A DNA stretch of 64,000 bases from a virus (IMGVR_UViG_3300046501_000233:1-64000), one strand, 5' to 3'. Counted from the first letter of the stretch, positions 9,062-18,953 are shown. Numbers and translations: made by a program. Notes: a model not told the origin generated them from the sequence alone.

Positions 9062-9793
9062 ATGGCACGCGGAAGCAACAACAAGCGCGAGAAATTGCGC
9101 AAATACTACGACCTGTTCGACAAGCACGGCGTGGATCTGGGTGACGACGGCATCTGGGAAGTCCAGGGCACGCCGGTCGTCAAGCACAGCCACGTCGAGA
9201 AGCTCGGCGCTGCGTTGAACATCAAGTACGACCTGCCGACCATGCTCCGGTCCGAGCGTGACGAAGCAGTCATCATGGTGGTCGGACGTCTGGGCGAGCG
9301 CATGGAGTGGTCGATCGGCGAGGCCCTGATCGTCAGCGATCAGTATATCGGCGGCAACTACAAGGTCTCGGCCAAGCAGCCCGGTTATGTCTACGCCATG
9401 GCAGAGAAGCGCGCCAAGGATCGTGTGATCCTGAAGCTCGCCGACATGCACGGCGAGATCTATTCCGAAGAGGAGGCTGACGACTTCAAGGAAGCCGGCC
9501 GCGGCAACGGCAACCGCTCATCCAGCAACGACAATCGTCCGAACAACGATCGCCGTGATGATGATCGGCGCGACGACCAGCCGGATGACCGGAAGAACGA
9601 TCGTCCGGAGCCGAGCAAGACCGCCCTCGCCCTCACGGACGGGTTCGGGAAATCGAAGAGCATTGGCGAGCTGCGCAAGAAGATGGACGACAAGCTGTCG
9701 GAGATCAACAAGCTGCCTGCCGACGATCTGAACTACGTCCGCACGTTCTGCCAGAACCTGCAGTACGACCTGAAGCAGGCAGCCAATGGGTAG
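9062..9793 (+). CDS. Hypothetical protein, candidate single-strand annealing protein
   Basis: Directly follows the exonuclease; YAMAEKRAKDRVILKL..IYSEEEADDF core followed by a disordered linker. Confidence 0.5.
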   Translation: MARGSNNKREKLRKYYDLFDKHGVDLGDDGIWEVQGTPVVKHSHVEKLGAALNIKYDLPTMLRSERDEAVIMVVGRLGERMEWSIGEALIVSDQYIGGNYKVSAKQPGYVYAMAEKRAKDRVILKLADMHGEIYSEEEADDFKEAGRGNGNRSSSNDNRPNNDRRDDDRRDDQPDDRKNDRPEPSKTALALTDGFGKSKSIGELRKKMDDKLSEINKLPADDLNYVRTFCQNLQYDLKQAANG

Positions 9794-9797
9794 GAGA

Positions 9798-9929
9798 ATG
9801 CTGAACTCCAAAACTGTTGAGCTGGCTATGCGCCTGCACCGCAACTTCCTGAAGAAGAACCAGAACACCCTGCACAAGGGTGACTGGACCGACTTCTACG
9901 AGGTTGCAGCCAAGTTCCTCGGCATCTGA
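9798..9929 (+). CDS. Small hypothetical protein (43 aa, not in ORF track)
   Basis: AGGAG RBS, ATG 9798 to TGA 9929 coupled to the next ATG; MLNSKTVELAMRLHRNF... Confidence 0.6.
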   Translation: MLNSKTVELAMRLHRNFLKKNQNTLHKGDWTDFYEVAAKFLGI

Positions 9930-10210
9930 TGTCCGAGGAGCACTTTCCGTGCTCCCACATGACGCCGGCTGAGGCTTACGTCGTGATGTTCAAGTGGGCC
10001 ATCAAGCTCAGCAGAGACCCAGCGTCGATGCGGTCTTGGTGGCTCCGGGAGCGACCGAACCGGGAAAAATACGGCCTCTCTCAAGAACAGATCGATGATC
10101 TGACCGCAGCCTGCAAGGAGCAGGTCGCGATCGTCACCGAAGGGAAGTTTGAAGAGAAGGATCCTCCCGGCAAGCAGCGCAAAAAGAAACACCGTGGAAT
10201 GGCGATCTGA
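9929..10210 (+). CDS. Hypothetical protein
   Basis: Coupled ORF. Confidence 0.55.
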   Translation: MSEEHFPCSHMTPAEAYVVMFKWAIKLSRDPASMRSWWLRERPNREKYGLSQEQIDDLTAACKEQVAIVTEGKFEEKDPPGKQRKKKHRGMAI

Positions 10211-10213
10211 CGG

Positions 10214-10684
10214 ATGAGCAGCAAAGCAAGTAAGAAATCGACGAACCAGTGGCTCCTTATGGTCAAGGACGGAGATGGCAACCTCGTGCCTTACGCCGCC
10301 TACGACCGGGAGACGATGGTCAAATACAAACCTGGCGCCACGATCCGCGTGACGGTTGCGCAGCAGCGCAGCCAGCCTCGTCACCGGCTGTACCGCGTGA
10401 TGCTCCGGCAGGTGGTGAAGAATACGGACCTCTTCACCAGCGAGGATTCGTTGCACAAGACGCTGCTCGTCGCCAATGGCGTTGTCGAGCCACTGTTCAC
10501 GGTCGACGGCGAAATCATCTTCATCCCCTCCTCCACGGCGTTCGACAAGATGCTGGAGGAGGACTTCAAGGACTATTTCGACAGGGCACTGCTGACGATT
10601 CAGCAACACATCCTTCCGGGCGTCGACATCGAGGAGTTGATGGCAGAGGCCCGAGAGCAGGCTGGTTGGAAGGAGGCAGCGTGA
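10214..10684 (+). CDS. DUF1367/NinB-like recombination-associated protein
   Basis: RSQPRHRLY...PSSTAFDKMLEEDFKDYF pattern; located in the recombination block. Confidence 0.6.
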   Translation: MSSKASKKSTNQWLLMVKDGDGNLVPYAAYDRETMVKYKPGATIRVTVAQQRSQPRHRLYRVMLRQVVKNTDLFTSEDSLHKTLLVANGVVEPLFTVDGEIIFIPSSTAFDKMLEEDFKDYFDRALLTIQQHILPGVDIEELMAEAREQAGWKEAA

Positions 10685-10917
10685 CCGAAGAATATCCAAA
10701 CGAATTGGCAGCCCTATGGCTGATCCTCGGCACCATAAGCACGCTCGTGCTCGTCACAGTGCTGTTCATTAAAACTGCGCCGAAGCCCCCGCCTCCGAGC
10801 ATCTCCTACGAGGAGATGTGTAAGCGGCGCGGGCTTACCTATACCCACTCGCGGCGGCTGTCTGTTTGCTACGACGCAAACACCGGCCAGATCTTCTTTC
10901 CGGAGCTTCTGAAATGA
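10681..10917 (+). CDS. Small membrane protein
   Basis: GGAGG RBS, GTG start, one hydrophobic helix. Confidence 0.55.
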   Translation: MTEEYPNELAALWLILGTISTLVLVTVLFIKTAPKPPPPSISYEEMCKRRGLTYTHSRRLSVCYDANTGQIFFPELLK

Positions 10918-11594
10918 CGAAGTTGAAGGCTTATTCGGTCACGGAGCACGACGAGAACCGTGGCGAGATTTACTTCGCCAAGCACGCCATCGTCGCGCGT
11001 CGACTTGGCGCCGACCAGTACGGTGACAGCGAGTTGAGCAACGTCTCCTGCAGGAGAGTGCCGTGGGCTGACAAGTTCGCTGCCCAGGGCGATATCCCGA
11101 TCTACGATCTGATCAACAACGGCTGGCACTTCGAGTGTCATGGTTGCGGCGGCCAGATGGATTCCGACTGGTTCTACGACAACAACCTCAAGCTGGAGGG
11201 TGCTGTCGGTTCGATGCGCACCCCGACCTTCTGTTGCGCCCAGTGCCAGATCGAGGATGAGCATCGAAATGCGCTGTTGAAGGACCAGCGAACAGAAGCC
11301 ATCGAGATGATGAAAGGTGTCCTGCTACGTCGCTTCCCCACTGCAGAGGTCATCGAAAAAGACACGCACGCCTACGTTACCGGCGATCATCCGTCCTTCG
11401 TCTGGGAGCAGGTGATCATCCGCTTCAAATATCCAGGCATGAAGTATGGCCCAGCCGAACTTCGCCTCGATCGAAAATACGGAAAGCCTGGCCCACATCG
11501 GCCGGAGTTCACCTGCTGCGGTGGAGATGTCGAGGCATTCAATGCCTGGGCAGAAGCCAATCCCAAACCAAACCGAATGGAGCATCACTCATGA
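10914..11594 (+). CDS. Hypothetical protein with Cys motifs
   Basis: GWHFECHGCG and FCCAQC; ATGA overlaps. Confidence 0.65.
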   Translation: MTKLKAYSVTEHDENRGEIYFAKHAIVARRLGADQYGDSELSNVSCRRVPWADKFAAQGDIPIYDLINNGWHFECHGCGGQMDSDWFYDNNLKLEGAVGSMRTPTFCCAQCQIEDEHRNALLKDQRTEAIEMMKGVLLRRFPTAEVIEKDTHAYVTGDHPSFVWEQVIIRFKYPGMKYGPAELRLDRKYGKPGPHRPEFTCCGGDVEAFNAWAEANPKPNRMEHHS

Positions 11595-12127
11595 GCACAA
11601 CAATCCGCCTCGACTCGACCGCCATGCGTGTCTTGATCGAGCAAGACCCCGAGTTCAAGCTGGAGCTGCAGCGCGCCGTCGTTTCCGAGACCGTGCGCAA
11701 CCTGTTCCTGAAGGACGTCGGCAACAACGTCGTCAAGATCATCGAAGCCACCTTCAAGCAGCAACACCAGGAGCTGGTGGACGCCGTGAAGCAGGACGAA
11801 GGCTTCCGCAAGGGTCTGGAGGCCAAGCTGTCCGGCTTCATCCAGAGCATCCGCGGCGGCAGCTACGGCTACGCCGATCAGAAGAAGCTGTCGCCCGAAC
11901 TTCAGACCCTGATGAACAAGCGTGTCGGCGAGCTGGTCAACGAGGGTGTCGAGAAGGCTGTCGGCTCGATCAACAACCGCGTCAAGGAAGCTGAAGAGCG
12001 CATCTCCGCAACTCTTCTGGCCAAGATGGAGCGGATCACCGACCGTCTCGAAACAGCGACCAAGGAAGAAATGGCGCTGCAGATCCGCGAAGATGTCAGC
12101 AAAATCCTCAAGACGAAATTGGGTTGA
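11591..12127 (+). CDS. Coiled-coil hypothetical protein
   Basis: Strong codon bias; helical composition. Confidence 0.65.
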   Translation: MSTTIRLDSTAMRVLIEQDPEFKLELQRAVVSETVRNLFLKDVGNNVVKIIEATFKQQHQELVDAVKQDEGFRKGLEAKLSGFIQSIRGGSYGYADQKKLSPELQTLMNKRVGELVNEGVEKAVGSINNRVKEAEERISATLLAKMERITDRLETATKEEMALQIREDVSKILKTKLG

Positions 12128-12130
12128 AAG

Positions 12131-12382
12131 ATGTTCGTAGCGTGGCCTGACATCATCACCATTTTCGCATTCATCTGGTTCGGCATCGGAGCACTGGCGG
12201 CGGGCACCATGATCGCGGTGTCCATGGGCTTCACCGGCAGATTTCCATGGGAGGCGATACCGATCTTCTTCTTCGCCCCCGTATTACTGCTTGCGAGGAT
12301 CATGGGGCCATTCATCCTGGTCATCCCGGCAGTCGGCCTAGCCGGCGGAATGGCGCTGCTGATCCGGTGGGCGATCGGATAA
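12131..12382 (+). CDS. Small integral membrane protein
   Basis: About three hydrophobic segments. Confidence 0.55.
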   Translation: MFVAWPDIITIFAFIWFGIGALAAGTMIAVSMGFTGRFPWEAIPIFFFAPVLLLARIMGPFILVIPAVGLAGGMALLIRWAIG

Positions 12383-12433
12383 TTCTTCGCCCGATGACTT
12401 GACCGTTTGCTCATTTGCATTTACAAAAAGCAA

Positions 12434-12949
12434 ATGCAAACAACCCTCCCCCTGGCGCCCCCGACCGGCTTCCGCAAGGCGATTCCCTTGCTGGTGAAGC
12501 TCACAGTCGTGCTGCGCCAGGGCAGCCGCTGCGCCACCTGCGGGGAGCAGTTGGGTAAGATCGCTGATGTCGAGTTCGATCATATTCCGGCACTGCAGAT
12601 GAGATGCTGGGATCCCGAGGCGAAGGACACAGTTCCGCCCGCGAACGACCCGGACCACATCTTCGCCAAGCACTGCGACTGCCACGCCGCCAAGACCTTC
12701 GGTGCCAAGGGTGCATCGAAGCGTGGCTCCGACATCACCGAGATTGCCCGCATGAAGCGCATCTCGAAGACCGAGGCTGCTTTCAGGCAGCGACTCCTCG
12801 CCAAGACCGATCCAGACGCCGAGCCACCTGCGGCGCCGAAGCGACCGAAGAAACAATGGGGCAGTCGCCCTTTTGAGACGAGGAAGAAAGATGGATCGGC
12901 ACCTTCGCGAGGTGAGACAAGAAATCGACCTTCTAAAGCAAAGCGGTGA
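12434..12949 (+). CDS. HNH endonuclease-like protein
   Basis: CATCG...EFDHIPAL...NDPDH...HCDCHAAKT. Confidence 0.7.
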   Translation: MQTTLPLAPPTGFRKAIPLLVKLTVVLRQGSRCATCGEQLGKIADVEFDHIPALQMRCWDPEAKDTVPPANDPDHIFAKHCDCHAAKTFGAKGASKRGSDITEIARMKRISKTEAAFRQRLLAKTDPDAEPPAAPKRPKKQWGSRPFETRKKDGSAPSRGETRNRPSKAKR

Positions 12950-13112
12950 GATCGAAGCCTACGAGATCGAGCGCACCAAGAAGCATCACGCCGTGCGGTT
13001 CAAGGCGAAAGGCAGATGGTTCACCACGGTGATCTCGGCCTCACCCCGCACGGTCTACAGCAACCACTACACCCGGCAGAACATCAGGCGGACCCTCAGA
13101 ACTTTGGACTGA
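12891..13112 (+). CDS. Small basic protein, possible HicA-like fold
   Basis: IERTKKHHAVRF...TVISASP...RQNIRR pattern. Confidence 0.45.
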   Translation: MDRHLREVRQEIDLLKQSGEIEAYEIERTKKHHAVRFKAKGRWFTTVISASPRTVYSNHYTRQNIRRTLRTLD

Positions 13113-13146
13113 GGCTTGCTTGCATGCAAACAGGAGAGAAGGACTA

Positions 13147-13527
13147 ATGGACAACGTCACGAGAGGCTTCAACGACACGACGCTCGGTCTACTCAAGGCC
13201 GCCCACAATCTCGAAGCCCAGAGCCGCAAGAAGCTGCAGCAGCCGACGAAACGACCGGCTTACAGCTACGCCAAGGTCGGCAATGTCGTGCACGCCACCA
13301 GCTGGATGCCGGCAGAAGAGCGACTGCTCCTCGACGCCGCACTGCACGAGCTGCGGACGATCGACCCCGACACAGAATTTGGCAATCAGCGTGCCCACGA
13401 GGTTCTATCCAGCCTGTCGCACCTGAACTGCCACTACGTGCCGATCAAGCAGGCCACCAAAATCGACTATTCGAAGCGGTATCCGTACCGCTCGACCAAG
13501 CGCACTGCACCGCGCCTGGCTGCGTGA
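13147..13527 (+). CDS. Hypothetical protein
   Basis: AAGGA RBS after a TTGCATGCAA box. Confidence 0.6.
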   Translation: MDNVTRGFNDTTLGLLKAAHNLEAQSRKKLQQPTKRPAYSYAKVGNVVHATSWMPAEERLLLDAALHELRTIDPDTEFGNQRAHEVLSSLSHLNCHYVPIKQATKIDYSKRYPYRSTKRTAPRLAA

Positions 13528-13808
13528 TGCAGGACATCACCGCCACTCTCGGCAACGCCCAGCGTGTGACCCTCCCTGGTGGGGGGTTTCAGCTGCGCGG
13601 CGTGTGCTTCGGCGACGTGAAGCGTCGCTTCAAGGACGGAAAGTTCATCTACACGACGAAGGTCGTCGAGGAGATCGAGCCCAACGTCTTCAAGACCAGT
13701 AGCGGCAGCCTCTATCGGATTGAAGGGTGGTTTCCGCCCTCCAAGCCGACCGCCGCCTACGATCCGCTGCCGGCAGACTGGCCAGCGCCTCCATCACAAC
13801 AAAGGTAA
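13527..13808 (+). CDS. Hypothetical protein
   Basis: TGATG coupling; LRGVCFGDVKRRFKDGKFIYTT phage-like motif. Confidence 0.6.
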   Translation: MQDITATLGNAQRVTLPGGGFQLRGVCFGDVKRRFKDGKFIYTTKVVEEIEPNVFKTSSGSLYRIEGWFPPSKPTAAYDPLPADWPAPPSQQR

Positions 13809-13816
13809 CAAAAAGC

Positions 13817-14788
13817 ATGCTGTTCGAAGAACAGATCGCGAGAAAGCCCAACCAGTATCCGTGGACACAGGAGTTCATCGATCGCATCCGTGCCGGCTTT
13901 TGGACTGAAAATGAGTTCGACTTCAAGGCGGACTACAGCCAGTTCAAGACCGACATGACTGATCAGGAGCGGCAGATCATAGTCCGCACCTTGTCCGCCA
14001 TCGGACAGATCGAGGTGGCTGTGAAGACATTCTGGGCTCAGCTCGGCACCGTCTTCCCGCATCCGTCCATGTCCGATCTCGGATACTGGATGGCTGCGAC
14101 CGAGGTCACGCATAACCTGGCATATGAGAAGCTGCTCAGCACGTTGAACCTCAACGACGTGTTCGAGGAAAACCTCAAGGAGCCCGCAGTCGCCGGCCGC
14201 GTTAGCTATCTGCGCAAGCATCTCGGCCAGGTTTACAGCGACGACAAGAAGCAGCTGATCTACGCGATCATCCTCTTCACGCTCTTCGTTGAAAACGTGT
14301 CGCTGTTCAGCCAGTTCTACGTGGTGCTCTGGTTCAACCGCTTCAAGAACATCCTGAAGGATACCGCTCAGCAGGTGCAGTACACCCGCAACGAAGAGAT
14401 GCTGCATGCCCAGGTCGGCATCAAGCTGATCAACGTGCTGCGCGAAGAATATCCGCAGTATTTCGACGCCGAGCTGGAATCCCGCATCACGGAGGAATGC
14501 AAGTCAGCATTCGCTGCCGAGGTGGCGCTGATCGATTGGATGGTCGGTGACTACGCCGATGGCGTGATGTCCGCGCCGATCCTGCACGGCTTCACCCAGA
14601 AGCGCTTCAACGACTCACTGACGTCGATCGGGTTTGCCGCCCCCTTCAAGGTTGCCCCGACCATCATCGAGAAGACGCGATGGATGGAAGAGGAAGCCTT
14701 CGGGAACAACGTCGTCGATTTCTTTCACAAACGCCCGGTCGATTACGCCAAGAAAAACCGGGTCTTCAGCGCACAGGATCTCTTCTAA
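13817..14788 (+). CDS. nrdB: Ribonucleotide reductase class I beta subunit
   Basis: FWTENEF, QIE, EVTH..AY (radical Tyr), ENVSLFSQF, EEMLH, DFFHKRPVDY. Confidence 0.93.
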   Translation: MLFEEQIARKPNQYPWTQEFIDRIRAGFWTENEFDFKADYSQFKTDMTDQERQIIVRTLSAIGQIEVAVKTFWAQLGTVFPHPSMSDLGYWMAATEVTHNLAYEKLLSTLNLNDVFEENLKEPAVAGRVSYLRKHLGQVYSDDKKQLIYAIILFTLFVENVSLFSQFYVVLWFNRFKNILKDTAQQVQYTRNEEMLHAQVGIKLINVLREEYPQYFDAELESRITEECKSAFAAEVALIDWMVGDYADGVMSAPILHGFTQKRFNDSLTSIGFAAPFKVAPTIIEKTRWMEEEAFGNNVVDFFHKRPVDYAKKNRVFSAQDLF

Positions 14789-16431
14789 TGCAGCACAGAT
14801 GGCTCAACGACGACTCCCGAACCTTCCTCAGTCGTGGATACCTCGCTCCCGGCCAGACCGCGGAGCAGCGCATCCATGACATTGCCGTGCGTGCCGGCGA
14901 CATTCTCGGCCTGCACTGGTTTGCCGAGAAGTTCGAGCAATACATGCACGCCGGTTACATCTCGCTGTCGAGCCCGGTCTGGTCGAACTTCGGTTCGCCG
15001 AACGCGCTCCCGATCTCGTGCAACAACTCGTATTTCGAGGACACGATCGACAGCATCCTGTCGAAGACCGCCGAGATCGGCATGCAGACGAAGATGGGCG
15101 CCGGCACCAGTGCCTATCTGGGCGCTCTGCGCGGTCGCGGAACACCCATCCGTGGGGGTGGCTCGTCATTCGGTCCGGTCCACTTCATGGAGCTACTGGA
15201 AACCACGACAAACATCGTGAGCCAGTCCACGGTGCGCCGCGGCTCCTGCGCCGTCTATCTGCCAATCGACCACAAGGACATCCTGGAGTTCCTGGATGTG
15301 CGCGAGGAAGGTCACCCGATTCAGCGTCTGTCGCTTGGTGTCTGCGTGCCCGACTCATTCATGGAGCGCCTTGAAGAGCGCGATCCGGATGCTATGGCCT
15401 TGTGGCTTCGCATCCTGCAGAAGCGCTTCGAAACCGGCTATCCGTACATCTTCTGGACGGACACCGTGAACAACGCGGCGCCGGAAGTCTACAAAGAACG
15501 CGGCATGCAGATCTGGTCGAGCAACCTGTGCTCGGAGATTGCGCTCGCCTCGTCGGCCGACGAGTCCTTCGTCTGCAATCTAGCATCGCTCAATGCACTC
15601 TATTACGACGAGTGGAAGCAGACCGACGTTGCCAGGATGCTCGTTCTTTTTCTCGATGCGGTCATGACCGAATACATCGACAAGACGGCAAGCATCCCGC
15701 TGATGAAGACGGCGCACGAGTTCGCGAAGAACCAGCGCGCCCTCGGCATAGGAACGCTTGGTTGGCACTCGTATCTGCAGTCGAAGATGATTCCGTTCGA
15801 GTCATTCGAGGCCAAGCTGGTCAACACCGAGATGCACCAGTTCATCCAGGCAGAGACGCTGTATGCCAGCGAGTGGATGGCCAGCAAGTACGGCGAGGCT
15901 CCGCTCATGCGAGGCTTTGGCCGCCGGCACGTCACCCTGATGTCGATTGCGCCGACCACGTCGTCGTCGTTCATCCTGGGCCAGGTGTCGCCGTCGATCG
16001 AGCCGCTCGACAGCAACTACTTCGTCAAGGATCTGCAGAAGGGCAAGTTCACCTATCGAAATCCCTTCCTGCGGGACCTCCTGGCCGAATACGGCAAGGA
16101 TGACGAGGAGACCTGGTCGTCGATCCTGCTGCGCGGCGGGTCGGTCCAGCACCTCGACTTCCTGTCACAGCTGGAGCGCGACGTGTTCAAGACCTTCGGT
16201 GAAATCTCGCAGAACGAGATCATCATCCAGGCGGCCGGCCGGCAGCGCTTCATCGATCAGAGCCAGTCTCTGAACCTGAAGATCCACCCGGACACGCCGT
16301 TGAAGGACGTGAACACGCTGATGATGACGGCATGGAAGCTGGGCGTGAAGACGCTCTACTACCAGCGCTCGACCAACCCTGCGCAGGAATACGTCCGCAA
16401 CCTTCTGGCCTGCGTGAGCTGCGAAGCATGA
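14788..16431 (+). CDS. nrdA: Ribonucleotide reductase class I alpha subunit (short, no ATP cone)
   Basis: PISC, SNLCSEI, VCNL, APTTSSS, KTLYY, C-terminal CVSCEA. Confidence 0.95.
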   Translation: MQHRWLNDDSRTFLSRGYLAPGQTAEQRIHDIAVRAGDILGLHWFAEKFEQYMHAGYISLSSPVWSNFGSPNALPISCNNSYFEDTIDSILSKTAEIGMQTKMGAGTSAYLGALRGRGTPIRGGGSSFGPVHFMELLETTTNIVSQSTVRRGSCAVYLPIDHKDILEFLDVREEGHPIQRLSLGVCVPDSFMERLEERDPDAMALWLRILQKRFETGYPYIFWTDTVNNAAPEVYKERGMQIWSSNLCSEIALASSADESFVCNLASLNALYYDEWKQTDVARMLVLFLDAVMTEYIDKTASIPLMKTAHEFAKNQRALGIGTLGWHSYLQSKMIPFESFEAKLVNTEMHQFIQAETLYASEWMASKYGEAPLMRGFGRRHVTLMSIAPTTSSSFILGQVSPSIEPLDSNYFVKDLQKGKFTYRNPFLRDLLAEYGKDDEETWSSILLRGGSVQHLDFLSQLERDVFKTFGEISQNEIIIQAAGRQRFIDQSQSLNLKIHPDTPLKDVNTLMMTAWKLGVKTLYYQRSTNPAQEYVRNLLACVSCEA

Positions 16432-16748
16432 TCGCAGAAGTCCAGAAAGCCATGAACCTCCCCTTCGGGGGAGGTTTTCGGATTCAGCAGGGTGACCTGG
16501 CCGGCTGGTCCGTCACTTTGGACAGCCCAAACCGGATGATGGGCGTCCATGGCCAGCAGGCGTGCTTCAGCGACGCGAAGAGCATGCTCGAATGGCTTGT
16601 TGTCAACCTGATCGGCCACGGCGCGACGATCGAGATCAAGGAGGTGCTGGATGTTTACGGAGCTGGAGATAGTCGAGAGATGCCTGCTGCTCCTCTCGAA
16701 GCCCGGCCGGTGGACACAGAAAACGTGCGCCCGGACCGTCGCCGGTAA
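16428..16748 (+). CDS. Hypothetical protein
   Basis: ATGA overlap with nrdA. Confidence 0.5.
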   Translation: MIAEVQKAMNLPFGGGFRIQQGDLAGWSVTLDSPNRMMGVHGQQACFSDAKSMLEWLVVNLIGHGATIEIKEVLDVYGAGDSREMPAAPLEARPVDTENVRPDRRR

Positions 16749-16980
16749 ATCCGTTGGAGTTTTCAGCAGAGAGGCCCGCGCCTTCGATATCGAGGGCGCC
16801 ATTCGCCGCGCTGCTGGTGAAGAAGATCGGGGCGCGTATGCGCGCTTCGTTCCCCTGCTGAAGTCTCAGTTGGGAAAGCATCCGTTCGACTGGAACGATC
16901 AGTCGGGCCGTTCGCAAAAGCAGATCGTGCGGATGTTCGAAGACCTCGCCGACGAATTTCGTTTCAAGGAAGCATCATGA
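16651..16980 (+). CDS. Hypothetical protein
   Basis: AGGAGG RBS; WTQK..AR...WNDQSGRSQKQI pattern. Confidence 0.6.
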   Translation: MFTELEIVERCLLLLSKPGRWTQKTCARTVAGKSVGVFSREARAFDIEGAIRRAAGEEDRGAYARFVPLLKSQLGKHPFDWNDQSGRSQKQIVRMFEDLADEFRFKEAS

Positions 16981-17423
16981 GCGCAATCAGCACCAGACCT
17001 CTCGAAGGTGAAGTCATCACCCTCCCCGAAGGCGTAACTCTCGCCGACCTCGACAAGTTCGAAGAGTCCATCAATCACATCATCAAGGTCTCGCACCTAC
17101 TGGCACAGAAGTGGTGGACCGACCCGAAGACCGGCGAGAACCTGCGCAACAATCCGCTGATCGTCCCGACGAAGCTTCTGCTGATGGTCGGCGAGATCTG
17201 CGAAGGCATGGAAGGCGATCGCACCGACGCGATGGATGATCACCTGCCGCAGTTCCCGTCGATCTGGACCGAGATGGCCGACCTCTTCATCCGTGCCGGC
17301 GACCTGGCTGGTGCCAAGGAATGGGATGTCGGCGCCGCAGCCAAGGCGAAGCTGCTCTACAACGCCACTCGCTCCGACCACAAGGTTGAGAACCGAGTGA
17401 AGAAGGGCGGCAAGAAATACTGA
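16977..17423 (+). CDS. MazG-like nucleoside triphosphate pyrophosphohydrolase
   Basis: KLLLMVGEICEGMEGDR...EMADLFIRAGDL...KLLYNATRSDH. Confidence 0.75.
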   Translation: MSAISTRPLEGEVITLPEGVTLADLDKFEESINHIIKVSHLLAQKWWTDPKTGENLRNNPLIVPTKLLLMVGEICEGMEGDRTDAMDDHLPQFPSIWTEMADLFIRAGDLAGAKEWDVGAAAKAKLLYNATRSDHKVENRVKKGGKKY

Positions 17424-17441
17424 GCCGAATGCGCATTTTCA

Positions 17442-17471
17442 CTTGACCGTGCAAATGCAAACCGCTATGAA
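17442..17471 (+). promoter_or_regulatory. Sigma70-like promoter TTGACC-N17-TATGAA with TGCAAATGCAAA in the spacer
   Basis: Same -35 and -10 hexamers as the promoter at 1672. Confidence 0.6.
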
Positions 17472-17495
17472 AACGCATCATCTCAGGAGAGTCCT

Positions 17496-17876
17496 TTGGA
17501 CACATTAAAGGCTGAAATGCTGATCGACGAGTTGATCTCGGCCGAGTTGGCAAAGCAGAACGATCGCTTCGGCGATGTGAGCATCCGCACCGACGTAGCA
17601 AGCGGTGAGCTGATGTGGGCTGGCATGGCCCAGCTCGATGCGGAGTTCGATCGCCAGAACGGCGAACCGGATCCATTCGCCGAGGCACCCGAGATCTACC
17701 CGGCGAATTGGCGCGGCTTCCGTGATTACGGATCCACTGTTGCCAACATCGTGGTCGCCATCGCTTTCCTCACCCAGGAAGGGAAACGACTGCTGCTCAA
17801 TGGCGCGGATTACACCCGCACCGAACGCACTGCGGACCAGCCTCTCCCGGCTGCGATGCCTGCACTGGTGGCCTGA
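17496..17876 (+). CDS. Hypothetical helical protein
   Basis: AGGAG RBS, TTG start. Confidence 0.6.
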   Translation: MDTLKAEMLIDELISAELAKQNDRFGDVSIRTDVASGELMWAGMAQLDAEFDRQNGEPDPFAEAPEIYPANWRGFRDYGSTVANIVVAIAFLTQEGKRLLLNGADYTRTERTADQPLPAAMPALVA

Positions 17877-17877
17877 A

Positions 17878-17991
17878 ATGCTGGTCGTCACCATGCTCAA
17901 CCACATTCTTCCTGGCCTCGGCGTCGTTTATTTCGGCACTACGGTCTGGAAGGCAGCCAAGGGCTACCCGTTCCGCCGTTGGTTTTTCTGA
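17878..17991 (+). CDS. Small membrane peptide (37 aa)
   Basis: Hydrophobic ORF filling the gap. Confidence 0.35.
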   Translation: MLVVTMLNHILPGLGVVYFGTTVWKAAKGYPFRRWFF

Positions 17992-18062
17992 GTCCTCGTT
18001 TGCTTGCATGCAAGCACGATGAAAATGTAATGACCCCATGGTGGGGTCGATAAGGAGAGAAG

Positions 18063-18953
18063 ATGAAGAAGATCTACCTCACTGCGATGGCAGCACTGAT
18101 CGGCACGATGGCACTCGTGTCGGGCGCTTCGGCCGCCGAGAAGTTCCGTCTCTGCACGGGCAATGACCAGTTGAACTATTACAAGGCTGGGCACCTGCTG
18201 AAGGCGTCGTCGACCGGCGTTCCGATCGAAGTGATCGCGACGAAGGGCTCGCTCGACAACCTCGAAAAGATGGCGACCGGTCAGTGCGACGGCGCCTTCG
18301 TGCAGTCCGACGCAATGCTCGTCTACTCCAGCAAGAATGCGAAGGCGATCTCCTCCATGGAGCGTGCCGGCGTGCTCTATCAGGAGCAGGCGCACATGAT
18401 CTGCAACCGCAAGGTCGGCTTCGATCGTATGGTCGATCTGAACAAAACCCACACGGTTGCGATCGGTCCGGATGGTTCGGGTGCCCGCACCACCTGGGAT
18501 GCGTTCGTCCTCGCCGACAAGGCTCGCTACTCGGTCGTCAGCACCGATAGCCGCTCTGGTGTCCGCGCTCTCTCGGCGGTTGCCGAAGGAACGCAGGTCC
18601 AGTGCGCCCTGGTCGTCGCTGCTCTGAACTCGTCCTTCATGAAGAACGATGCGCAGCAGCAGGGTTCGAGCATCGTGCTGGTAGGCACCGATGATCGCGA
18701 CATGACGAAGACGGCGAAGGATGGTCGCGGTCAGCCGGTCTACACCTACGGTGAGATCCCCGCCGGCACCTACCCGAAGATCCAGCCGACCGGCGCGGTC
18801 TATGGCACTAAGGCCATCGGCACCATCCAGGTGGATGCGATCTTCGTCGCCAACTCGGATTGGATCAACGCCAACGAGACTGAGTACGACAAGCTGCTCC
18901 GCTCGTTCGCTAACGCCAAGCCCGCCATCGCGAAGCTGGCCCAGCCTCAGTAA
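18063..18953 (+). CDS. TAXI-family TRAP solute-binding-like periplasmic protein
   Basis: Signal peptide; TKGSLDNL, AFVQSDA, LYQEQAH, VAIGPDGSGA..TW. Confidence 0.75.
   Translation: MKKIYLTAMAALIGTMALVSGASAAEKFRLCTGNDQLNYYKAGHLLKASSTGVPIEVIATKGSLDNLEKMATGQCDGAFVQSDAMLVYSSKNAKAISSMERAGVLYQEQAHMICNRKVGFDRMVDLNKTHTVAIGPDGSGARTTWDAFVLADKARYSVVSTDSRSGVRALSAVAEGTQVQCALVVAALNSSFMKNDAQQQGSSIVLVGTDDRDMTKTAKDGRGQPVYTYGEIPAGTYPKIQPTGAVYGTKAIGTIQVDAIFVANSDWINANETEYDKLLRSFANAKPAIAKLAQPQ

Noticed and set aside
13817-16431. Introns or inteins in the RNR genes (also checked terL and the helicase)
   Set aside because: ORFs are continuous and of normal or short length, without intein motifs
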